The notes beneath the pieces are model-generated. The model worked only from the letters and a program-made list of their open reading frames with translations, was not told where the DNA came from and made no database searches. A stretch of 62,080 nt of DNA, counting the filler, from Sphacelaria rigidula (Eukaryota), in the NCBI GenBank assembly GCA_964200075.2. It is 9 parts of 9 records of this genome, joined end to end, with 100 filler letters (N's around TTAATTAATTAA, not from the genome) between each part and the next. Parts side by side here need not be neighbours in the genome. Positions count along the whole stretch, not along the records: positions 48,365 to 55,172 come from CAXNAA020017974.1; positions 55,273 to 62,080 come from CAXNAA020017975.1; 7 more parts are not named here. One strand, given 5' to 3'. Both the position numbers and the translations under genes were made by a program. This document shows positions 51,211 to 62,080 of this stretch, piece after piece (position 1 is the stretch's first letter; the number at the start of each line of letters is the position of its first letter).

Positions 51211-52550
51211 TTGAGTCTTGACTCACGACTCCGACTTGTAACGTCGGGAAATGACAACGGCCAAGAATCGACTCTTACGCCTACATCCGGGAAACCAGGG
51301 ACGGCTAAGAGTCGGCTCCGACGACCAAATTCGGAAAAATCACGGACTAGTCAGAGTCGGCTCTCACGGCGCAGAGTCGCAGTCGTTGAACATGTGGAAA
51401 TGTAACCAAGGGAAGCCGAACCCTAAGCGCCCTCCAGCATTCGAACAGGCAGGTATGGTTCGCATCCCAGCAGCGTTGTTCATAACAGCCCCGAAATCTT
51501 CTCCGTTGGAATACCCCCACAACGTCAACTCATCTAAGCAAAACGTCAAGGTTGCAAAGGCACCCCATCGGAGAGACGCACGTCGATCGCCGCTGTGGCT
51601 CTCCTGCGCACAGGATCCTGCACACATTCGATTGCTGTTCCGTATCATCCACACGCAACTGTGGGTGGTAGAGCTCGAGTCTCATGAGAAATAGGGGCCT
51701 TGTAGTAGAATGTATCATCATCGTGATCAGGAACCATACAGTACCGCCGTCGTCTTTGCGCGGGGGCAAGGCAGTAACCCTTTGAGTGGGGGGCCGAGCG
51801 ATTTCTGAAGCGTGGACAAGCTATCACTGTCGAAGGCACAATATTTTTTTGAGTGCTAGAGGGGCCCCGCATGCCTATGGACAACACGCTACGTGTACTC
51901 TACACGCTAGTACACCGTACTCGCACTACTACTGCACCGCGCTGTACTATTTATATTTATACTACTGCTGCGCTGATCTGTACTGTTTCGTACTACTACT
52001 GCGCTGCGCTGTACAACAGTCAGTACATGTACTGAGGCGAGTGTTTTACCGTACGTACTGACCGTACTGTGCGCGCGTTCTCGAACGGACTCAGGATATC
52101 TGCCGTTCGCTCAGGGGTACCTACCGTTCGCTCAGGGGTACCCACGTCACTGACCGACGGAAATATGGAGTCATACAGCCGAATGAAATATAGTATTAAT
52201 TTGGGTATTCCGCACGTGTGTTGTTTTTTGGATAACTGGACTTCCAAATGTGGTTAGGGGAACTTTTCCCGAAGATTTGTTTCCCACACTCTGGTATCAA
52301 GCTTCTGCTGAAAGTCGACTCGTGCGACTCTTGATAAATTCGGAAAACGGCGACGACTGAGAGTCGATTTCTCCGACTAAACTAAAGAAAAGGCGACGAC
52401 TAAAAGTCGATTCCTGCGCCTCAAATTCGGAAAATGACGACCAGTAAGAGTCGATTCCTACGACTCACTTCGCCGAAAGCGACGACTAGGAGTCGACTCT
52501 CACGATCAAATGCCAAGATCGACGACGATCAATTCGACGAAATCGAGCCC
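51211..52550 (+). repeat. Two blocks (51211-51385, 52310-52550) of a degenerate ~38-40-bp repeat with GAGTCGA(C/T)TC cores
   Basis: Recurring gacgact..gagtcgattc and aaattcggaaaa motifs. Confidence 0.65.
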
Positions 52551-53599
52551 ACGACTGTTATTAAAAGTCGTATAATAGTCGTTTGACGTTCAGTATATAT
52601 TCCGTGGTTATTGGCGAATCCATCGTCTGAGACCGGAATGTACCCCCGTACTGGTGCCAAGTTCAGGTACAAACGAAATTTCGGTTTCAAAAGTTTGATA
52701 TCTTGCAAGATTTCGAACCTTTGAAGTAAGCATATTAAGCGTAAGTTGACACCAATAAGTACGTTGCGGTTCAGGAATATAAGCTCGCTGAGAGATGGGT
52801 GTACACCGTATGAGGATAGAAAATTGTGGCAGTCCCGTTGCAAACCACGGTAGTGTGTGCACGCTGATCCCAGTTTGCCTTTTATTGTTATGTTGTAGTT
52901 TTTTCTTCTGCTACGTCTCACAGGTTTGTCTGCGTTCAATGATGGTTTGAGATACACCTCCTCGGCGGATGAGAACCTACCCCGCAAGCTTTGTCCTTTT
53001 TTTTTTTTAGCAAGCCACTTGTGCGAGTAATGTTATTGTTCACGCGCACGTGGTTTTGTTTTGTTGTATGTATTTATTTATTTCCGCACTCTTTTTTGTC
53101 AGTTCGTTTCTTCCTGTTCTCTTCGCCTTTTCTTTTCATTCAGCGAGCGTTTCAATTTTGGTTGGCCTCGGGTCCGTCTTTGCTGTGACCGCGGCTGGGT
53201 CTCTCTTGTGGGTAATGATCAGTTAATGTACGACAATAAATCAATCGGCACACGCACACATACACATACGTCTCAGAGAATCGATCAAATACAAATCGGA
53301 TCCATATTTGCGCAAGCATTCGATGTTGATGCGAAATTCAGCCTTGCAGCTTGTCGGGAGTCAAGCTGAAAGAGCCCTGGATAGGAGACGAATATAATAC
53401 CAATGTATGTGTGTGTCTACTAAAAACCTGGGCTGAAACAATGCACAACGAGTATCGCTTCCTCTTTTTTTTCCTTGGCTTGTAAGGGGAAAATGGGGAC
53501 GTTCACATTAACCGAAGAAGCACCTTTTGGATGGTTTCAGGTACACAGCCCCCTAACAATGTAGTATGTCCCAATAGTTAGAGCCACCTGAGTGTCTAA

Positions 53600-54500
53600 G
53601 AAGGCACGATGTCCAAACATTGCCGAATAAGCATATAGTAGCAGGTGTCCCTTAACTTGTCTACTTCCCCTCCTGGCGACTGTGATTGAAAACTCGAAAG
53701 TGTATCTGAAAGTGGCCGGAAACAGTCAGGACCGGAATTTTGCGCGGCAGGTGTGAGGCGAAACCCAGAGGTGGAAGGAGATAGCCACTTGTTCTGTCCC
53801 TTTGCTGCTGATCTTTCGTATCCCAAGGCGGCACCCCTGGTAGATCCGCTTCTAGACTGTTAACCCTTCGGGAACTGAAGTGCTGAGTTTTGTTTCGTGA
53901 ATCTTCGTGAACTGGCCTCATTTCGACTTGAAAATGAGTGAAAATGAGGCTGATTTTCGAGAACAAAAACCGGCAATCCCTGGGGGTCTATTATAGTTCC
54001 CTGAGGGTTAACGAGAACCCCGCGGACGCAAAGGGAGCAGCAGAACCGGTTCTTTACCGCGCATGTTTGGTTCTCCGTGAATGCTGAGAGCTGCTTTTGC
54101 TGCGTATTTGCCCTGCATGTGCCCCTTCTCCTCGACCCCAAGAAATCTTTTGATGCCAAGTTTTTCCCCATGTCGGGATCCGACTGCACCTGGAGCATGA
54201 CTCACGTTCTGTGTGTGTGACACCACCAAGCTAGTGACAACCGGAACAGCGCCGTTGCCCGTACTCAGCACTGCACTGAACCAGCCATGGCACGACCGTC
54301 CTGTACTGTATAGTTCCGGTTCGTGTCGCGCCGTGAAGGGTACGCCGACGATGATCGTCAACAAACGCGCAAACGACAGACACACTCGCCATCTACGTGC
54401 TATCACTCCTGGCCTTGCCCTTTCTTTAGGAGCAACTGCTCCACGACATTTTTTTTTGTCTTCTTGAAATGGTCGAGAAAGATCGTCCCCTCCTCCACTG
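53600..54500 (-). pseudogene. Possible decayed hAT-like transposase inside the SMC1 intron
   Basis: IIDPQGLPVFVLENQPHF resembles LP.S.VE...F. A later, frameshifted VAISFHLWVSP resembles the first-D motif VS.T.D.WTS, with D changed to H. Confidence 0.3.
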
Positions 54501-54882
54501 CTGCCTCCTTGCCCGCACTCTGCTGGGTCGACATGCTAAGTTCCTCCGGGGGTGCGTTACCCGCCACACTAAGTTTTAGTGGCGGTGATGGTGATGATAA
54601 TGATGGCAATGAACGACGAGAGATGGAGAACGAATAACACGATATGAGTGGATAGCTGTGGAAACATGAATGCAGACACGAAAAAATGGATCAAATGCGT
54701 TATTCATGTCTCCCTTATACGTTTCCCCGCTTACCGCGGGTCCGAGAATGTTGCGATATTCCACCCACCCTCTTTCGTTCCACGACTCAATGTTCTCGGT
54801 AGTATGCTTCTGTTCCTAACAGACGTATTTCTCATGTGTTTTCCTTTATATATACATATATATATATACATACTTATTCCAG

Positions 54883-55023
54883 GCCAAAAAGCAGGAGCTC
54901 GCGGGACTGAACCGCAAGCTCCAGCATTCGGCGAAGGTCCTCGATCAGCATAAACGCGCCCGCGAAGACTTGGGCCCCCAGCGGATCAAGCTCAAAGAGG
55001 GCATCAAGACGCTCACCCGACAG
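54883..55023 (+). CDS. SMC1: Probable cohesin SMC1 exon (AKKQELAGLNRKLQHSAKVLDQHKRAREDLGPQRIKLKEGIKTLTRQ)
   Basis: TTCCAG acceptor, 141 nt, donor CAG|GTGCCA. The KK.EL....R..Q...K...PQ.IK.KE pattern aligns without gaps to the N-terminal coiled coil of SMC1 as I recall it. Confidence 0.8.
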
Positions 55024-55084
55024 GTGCCAGACGATGAGAAACGAGAAACGGAAGAACCGTGACGACAACATTTTGCCTCGTGTG

Positions 55085-55105
55085 TGCCCTGTCTCTGTGT
55101 GTGTG

Positions 55106-55139
<34 letters not shown>

Positions 55140-55142
55140 TGA
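55085..55142 (+). repeat. (TG)n/(TATG)n microsatellite
   Basis: Direct reading. Confidence 0.9.
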
Positions 55143-55765
55143 GAGTAGAAGAGTGTGGAGGAGGGAAAGGAGNNNNNNNNNNNNNNNNNNNNNNNNNNNN
55201 NNNNNNNNNNNNNNNNTTAATTAATTAANNNNNNNNNNNNNNNNNNNNNNNNNNNNNNNNNNNNNNNNNNNNATCAGGCCGAAGAAATCGTGGATTTGGT
55301 GATTCGTAGTTGTGATGATTCGTCCTAACCGTGAAATCATGACCCATCAGGTCGGAATTGTCCTTTCTCCACAGCACATTTTCGATCGAAAATAGTGTGG
55401 TAAGATACGCCCTAACTAGACGGCCGGCGTATATTTGTTGGCGCAGGCAGAGGAACAGAACCTGCCGGTAGAGTAGAACCAGTTCCACAGGACATTGTGC
55501 AGACCCGCCCGTTCAACCAACACCATTTTTTGATCCACCCGCGCACAACAGAGCCGGCATATAGTGCACGCTACGGCACGCACACATACATAGACGAAGC
55601 ACCAGCAGGTAGCGACAAAAGCAACAGCAGCAGCAGTCCAGATATCTACCTCGGAGAAAAATGAAATAAAATCCCCATGACTCTTGAGGATATTTTCATA
55701 TCCACTACAAGGCCAGAGTATATATGCTGTTTTCTCCTCCATCTATCATATTGCAGATGACGACA

Positions 55766-56088
55766 GGTGGGAGGTGGGGAAGAGGGTGTACTCATGATCT
55801 TACATGCCACAGTCATAAGACCATTGACCTCGCATCCCTACAAAGCCGGGACGGAGCACGCCGGGTTTTCGCCGGACCAGGCTCGTAATTCAATCACCAA
55901 GTGCGAAGCGCCGTGGTATGCTCGGCGAGTCGCAAGAAGGGTGAGCTGCATCCTGCTATGATTTTTCGACATGAAGCCTACTGATACATCTTGCATTTGG
56001 ATGACAGCCTCCAATGAGTTGCTTCAGTTCTGGTATAGCCACTCCCAGAGACAGCCACGGATTATACACTGTTTCATGGATATCTCAC
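55766..56088 (-). mobile_element. SINE-like family A, full-length copy (~305 bp plus C-rich tail)
   Basis: Links the 5' fragments (1-170, 13821-13896) and the 3' fragments (6735, 9597, 20730, 41457, 47968) into one element. No TIRs. Confidence 0.85.
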
Positions 56089-58826
56089 AGTTTAAGCACT
56101 ATCAAGTACGATCATCTCCTTCGAGCGGAGTTGAGGATCTCCCACCCCGCACAATATGATCTAGCTCGACCACCATCATGGTTACCGCAGAAAAAAAAAG
56201 CGCAAAAAATCGGTTACCTGGTTGCCTAGCTCACGCAGTGAGTGGCGTGTTTCACAGCAAACGAAAATTCATTTGGCGTTTTGTTTACGCTGACTTCACC
56301 GGATTCGGCAGCAAGTTTTCCCCACCTCAATTATTTCGATATCGCAGATGCGATTTCTGGGTCGCCTTTTGAAAACAATCTGTCTTGAATACCCTCGTTG
56401 GTAATATCGCACCTCGGTGTCGCGCTAAATATCGAGGGGGGACACAACCCCCCCCCCCCCCCCCCGTTGTTAGGGGGGGTGCGTGTTTTTGGTGAATTTA
56501 CCCCCCCGAGCTCGGGCCTCTTTTACCGGGGGCTTGCAAAAANNNNNNNNNNCGCCCCCCGGGATATGGCAAAAAACCGGGAGGGAATAAAACCCCCCCC
56601 CCCCCCGGTTTTAGTCAGGTTAGTCCGGTTTTAGTCAGAATTGAGCCCGCGAGACTTTGGCCTTGATTACCGCGGAATTGCAAACTAGGGAATGTCATCA
56701 AGCACTCGCACACTAACCCGGGACTGCAGTGCCACCAGTCAGCAGGGGAAGCTAGGCAAATGTGATGTTGGACATACGTTACAATTCTGTGCTCGATGTC
56801 TGTTTTGTCATCGGGGTTGTGAAAATAACGTATTCAAATAGCAAGAAATGGTGTCCTTGGGTGATTAACTTTGGTGTGAGCGTCATTCGATATCGCGGAA
56901 TTACTCCTGATGACACCCCCCTCCGCAGAACTCGGGAGTCCCGAACCTCTCACCCGCGTTATATGGCGTTTTTTTTAGTATAGGCGAAGTCGCCGTCTTT
57001 TGCTCATTCGTCACATGTCCATCTAGGGTCCATCTGGGGGTTCCGGCGCCAAATAATATGAGTTGATCTGGAACAGCCTATCCACAGTCACCGCTCCCGT
57101 CGTCCTGGAAACCCCTGGATGTACTTGGACTAATCAGGCGGAAAAACTGGTCCGAGGCGAGGCTCGGCATGGTCAACTCTCGTAACCTGATTTCCTTCCG
57201 AGGACACAGTACTCCAGGGTACTCAGGGTATCGACTGTCGATGATACTCAGTACTGATCAAGAGTACCCTTCGCATCAATTCAAAAAACCCACGGAACGC
57301 GAGGGTGTACCCTACTGCGAAGCACTTCTGAAGTAGGCCAAGCGCATCACGTCGTGTATCGACTTTTGTATGTCGCTGCTTTTACAGACGCAAAGACCCC
57401 GAGCTTGTCGTGGTCGAAGGGTCAACTCTTCGACGAAATGCGACTTGTTTGCCTATCTTTACTGCAAGCAGCTTGCGTGAATAAAATTTAAAGCCAGCAG
57501 TGCTGTGCATAACAGAAAATATTTATGTATATATATTTTTCGGAACAATATTTGACCTGTTTTGGCCCTGTTGCGCGCTGCTGCAGCACGTAACTCGAGA
57601 TCTATGGACATGAGGTTGTTGACTGAGCTTCAGAGGAGACGCATACAAAGTTTCAGTGCCTCGCAGCTCCGGCAGCGCACGTACGGTGGTACAGAATAGG
57701 ATCAGGTCTTGCACAGGCGATACTACGATGGATACTTCTGTACAAGGTCATCATCCAGAGGGTACCCCAGTTCAGTAGACCACTTTTGTTCGCTAGTGTA
57801 GGAGTCGTCCTGCTGCACTTAACCCTTGCAGTACCGTGTCCACATGACAGGGTGAACGAGGTTTCGTCCAAGAAGCGTGGTGTTCGACGGTGTTTCGATC
57901 ATTTCACCAGGAATTCGGCAATCATGATTTTGTTTTAGCGATTGCCTCGGCACCTTGGGCCGCTTGGCGCACGTGTTGCTCTTGTGATGTCGAACCACTG
58001 TGTGCCAACTTTCATGCCTGATCGTAAAGGCAGCGTAGAGATTTGCACCTGTCAAAGTTGTCTTAAAATCGCCGAAAATCGCAGTCGTGAGCATTCGCAA
58101 GATACAGCGTGGGTTACTGTTGTAGTGTGATATACTGTCTACGGTACTGTTTTGGACAGTCAGTAACCGTGCCGTGCATCACATCTTTTTTCACCCGTCA
58201 TGTATGAAGATCGGGGCACAGTTTTTTCAAATTTCAAACAGTCCAACTGTGCCATCATGTATGCTTGCCAATCATGTTTGTTTTGCGACGGGCAGCAATG
58301 GAGATGATTATTTTTCACATGTACCACATACATCCTGCATGTGCTGCCCCGCGCGCATGGTGGACGGGGAGGGGCTGATTGTACAGCGTGGCCACGACCA
58401 TCTGTGTACCATTGGGGCCGCAAGGAGCCAATACAGAGAAACAGCATCAATACCACCGAACGCGAGAAACCGTAATCTTTGGAGCGACAAATTAGCATCC
58501 ACGGTCCCGCCTTGAACACAGCTTCCCAGTGGTGCCGCCAGTTGGACCAGTGAAGCTTCGTCTGGGGCGCGCGCCCCATGGAACAGCGTGCCCTTTGCAA
58601 TTGGTCCTACCTCACATCCTGTCCAATGAACTTTGCACGCGAGTCTTGGACTAGATTTTTTTTCTCTAGGCGCAACGCTGGTCAGGTCATGAGGTGTCCC
58701 CGATGGCACGTCATGATTCAAAATTGACGGCTTTGCAGTCGAAGGCATAGGTAGCCCTATACATAGTCAGTAAATGCTTCAAGTACATGTATGGCAACCT
58801 ACTCGTATGGGTCGGCCTTCCCTTCA

Positions 58827-59242
58827 CTCTTTGACTGCCAGGATGGATCATCTACTCGTATTGAACTGGAATCAATTTCACTTGAAAAAAATCCTGCATA
58901 ACCTAGATGATCCACCCCTTCGCGGTGAAGGGGTTAACCCTTTGAACGCGAGAATAGATCATCTGTTGAAAAAAATTACTGCTCGGCCAGATGACCCGCC
59001 GTGGTCATCAGAGGGTTATGAGCGGCATGATGTGGCCGACTGTCCTGTGATGGCTCTTCTCCAGGTCAGTACAGCAAGGTTGTATTTGGGTTTGTTGCAG
59101 GATGGCAGCTTTATTCTGGTTACCCTCGCCTGCGTTCATAAACCCTTAGGCCGCGAGGGTAGGTCACCTGCTGAATCGGCATCAATTTTCACTTCAAAAA
59201 GTACGCGTGCTCCAGATGGACTACCCGCACCGCGGTGTAAGG
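58827..59242. mobile_element. Cluster of three TTAA-type MITEs (58827-58933, 58938-59015, 59143-59242)
   Basis: The first two share one TTAA (GGG|TTAA|CCC at 58931-58940). The third is an inverted copy of 27076-27177. Confidence 0.75.
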
Positions 59243-61599
59243 TTAAATAATTGAAGATGAAACGCTCGGGATCTTTACCGTGCGAAAAACCGTGGACAAG
59301 AATCAATCGCCGGTGCATTGTCATCCATGAACTCTAATGGGCTGCTTTCGCTGGTCAAGACAGGTCGACAGAACATGACCGTCCGATCGACCTCCTATCT
59401 GAGGCAGGCGATTGAATATGTTGCAGCCCGGTGTTTACGTACAGAAATAACAGTGACACAGACACAAGGAGGTTGCAGTCGGAGACGTACCAGCGATGGA
59501 ATCATTCAAACACGAATTGTCCGACTGCTACCGGACGTTCGGGGCGGGATGCACGAACAGAACAACGCGCCACTACAGGGCTTTAGGGCATAAGGCCTGA
59601 ACATCTCTCCCCTCGTCCTGGCTGTCCTTTGATCAGTCGGCATGAATTGTCCGCGGCGTAGAATGCGTTGCAGGCATATCTGCTGTAGATGTAGTGTTGC
59701 AACAAGAGTCTTTACAATGCTACATCTATCCGTGATGCGCCCGTTTCACAGTATTGTACAAGAGTAGTGTACAAGAAAGGACGGACAGACAGTTACCGAC
59801 CACTCCAGTCAAGCACTATTGTTGTACACCAAGTCGTAGAGACTACTCGTACCGACAGGCAATTTCGTATATTATTGTCAGAATTTCCTCGAAGTCGATT
59901 CTGTAGGTATTGAAGACAGAACAGTGGAATGAGCATACTATAAATGATTCAGACGGAGGAGCAGGAAATGGGTGAAAAGTTGCCACCCCAATAAATTAGC
60001 ACACCAGCAACATGTTGCGCCGATACCGGTGTTGCGTTCTAAATGCGTATACAGTATCGAGAATGCGAGAAACCTATAAGGCGTCATCATCCATCATATA
60101 TGCATCCACGCAAAAGCGAAACGCCCCCAGACACCGGACTGAGGGGATTACTACAATGGTACCACGGTCAACATCTGGTCCCACAGTACCTGGCTGCCGC
60201 GGCACCGAACCACCAGCGCTCCCGCCTACTCCTGCCCACCAATTGCTAACCCTCTGTCTGGGCGTGACAAATGTGCTGGCGTCCCGTGTCTGGGCTGCTG
60301 CTGTTACTATTGCTCCAGCTGCGGTGTTTACTGAAGGCGCTGAAGACTGGCTCCCCGCTGAATCCCGCCGTCGACTCTCCATTGTCAGCTTCTTTCGGCT
60401 GTGTCCGTTACTCTGTTCGCCTTGTGCGTAAGACTGCACAAGCAGCACTTCTCTTTGTGATTCTCGTCTCTTTATCACAACGCCGCTCTCAAAGTATGTA
60501 TGCACCTTGTTAAAAAAGACACTGGGACGATACAGGCAGGGGGTACGCTCAGTGCATGCAGCTGGCCAGTGTGCTCGGCAGATTGGCACGCATCATTTGT
60601 TATTTTATTCTTTTTTATTGCAGTTTGGTATTTTTTCAAACAGAGGAGTGGTAAAAAGAAAAAGAAAAAATGATGTCATATGATGATTATTCGGAACAAT
60701 ATACTGGGAATAATTGAAAGTTTAATTTATGTCGCCTCCTCACTTTGCAACGTACCTCACCTTTCTCCCACCTCAACAAAAATCGCCGTGGTAGCGTACC
60801 GTCAAATCTCGATCACAAGATAATCTGACCATCACACGCCCGAGCCGCTGACATCAACAGGTGATTATGCGATAGACATATAGTCTATGTTTGCTGTAGA
60901 TTGCGCACTGTGACGAACATGGTGCTGTAAAAGTTGAACAGCTGACGAGAACTAGCTCTGATTGCAAGACATGTAGGATACGTCTACACACAGACAGCAA
61001 GTTGGGCGACGGCTTTACAGTATCCCCATCACCGATCACCTCATGAGTCGACGTGTGTATCTGTAAGCTCGCACACGCGCCTCCATTCAAAGCGTGCTGC
61101 TGTACCGTGTGTGGCTCTGTACTACGATGTGTACGTGAACCTGTCGCTGTCTCTGCGCCGTGACCGTAGTTTTACGGTCGTTCGTTTGGCGCATGGATGT
61201 TTCTTGTGATGCTGTGCAAAACTCTCCGACGTTGTTACAGTAGTAGAGACAACAACAACAGTACGACGAACATTAACAAAAGCAGTCAGTGCAGTAGTAT
61301 TTGTCTGGTATAGCCGATTCGTCAAATAGCTTCACACCTTTTCACACCGTACCGAACAGACAGTGCCGTGACACTAGCGACATCCCATCAGCGTACCACA
61401 CAACAGTTGGTGCAGTACAGCATAGCTTCTTCCGTACTTGAGCCAGATGCTAGAGCTGTGGTGCTTTCAAACCTCTGCGAACACATGTTCCTCCAGCGCA
61501 ATCATCTACTCCCTTACGATGAGTAGTATGATAAAGCTCGATTTTGTCGTGTGTACAGGATATATTCGTGTGCCCCGCCCGAGGTCCTGTAGCTGTGGT

Positions 61600-61650
61600 G
61601 GTACTGTACTGCTGTACTGTGTGCTGTACTGTGTGCTGTACGCGTACTAT
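61600..61650 (+). repeat. (CTGTA/CTGTG)n simple repeat; similar tract at 51890-52035
   Basis: Direct reading. Confidence 0.7.
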
Positions 61651-62080
61651 ACGGCACGACCTGACATGGTACACTCCCGTAGTTAGTAGGTGCGATGGGT
61701 CGAACGCCGACGTATGTATTCGTCACTTGATGCTGTTTCGAAAAAAAGCCAGAAGGCACGAGTCGTACGCTGCGAAAGTGTCGAAAACTCATGTACGAAG
61801 TACATCTTCCGCGTGTTAATCAATTTTGAGCGCTCCTCACACACTTGTCTTAGCCAGTGATGTTGTCCCCCCCTCCCGCGCTGTTGAGCTTCTAACGGGT
61901 AGAGCTCGGAAATGGTTTGTCTAACCATTAACCAGTTGAATGGTACATCATGGTTTGGTCATCAAGCGGCGCAGCCGCGAGCCAACCCCCCCCCCCCCCC
62001 CCCCCCCCCGGGGGGGCGCCCGGGGGGGGGGGTGTGCCCTGGTGGTCTTCTCGGACGCGAAAAAAAAAAAGGATTTTGGG

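Noticed and set aside
51211..52550. Repeat-spacer array with palindromic GAGTCGACTC cores
   Set aside because: The intervening segments are themselves similar and the cores degenerate. It is a decayed tandem repeat inside an intron.
57650..58600. IS630/Tc1-like transposase (FLDETSF motif, minus strand)
   Set aside because: Only one short motif in broken frames, with no second D/E motif or TIRs identified.
60074..60589. 171-aa minus-strand ORF
   Set aside because: Low-complexity A/S/G-rich sequence with no recognisable domain and no confident exon boundaries.

Overview
This window is not one locus. It is nine unrelated eukaryotic contigs of 6810, 6810, 6809, 6809, 6809, 6809, 6808, 6808 and 6808 bp, sorted by size and joined by artificial 100-nt linkers (N44-TTAATTAATTAA-N44). 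GC3-rich exons, long repeat-filled introns and the repeat families suggest a brown alga or related stramenopile (inference). Supported genes: a complete 4-exon 5-formyltetrahydrofolate cyclo-ligase (MTHFS, minus strand, 42249-45491); a candidate head-to-head gene starting 263 bp away; two exons of probable cohesin SMC1 joined by a 4.56-kb GC-AG intron; and one orphan terminal exon. The rest is mostly mobile DNA: decayed copia, gypsy, LINE and possible hAT/PIF fragments, plus many MITEs. The most interesting signals are (i) a ~305-bp SINE-like element sharing a 3' stem-loop and C-rich tail with a LINE, (ii) several CA..TG-ended elements with variable 2-bp target-site duplications (TSDs), including a 3.7-kb nested foldback element, (iii) TTAA-specific MITEs with a visible filled/empty site pair, and (iv) the GC-AG intron. 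I found no CRISPR array, prokaryotic defence system or other clearly new enzymatic system. Most ORFs in the supplied track are spurious.
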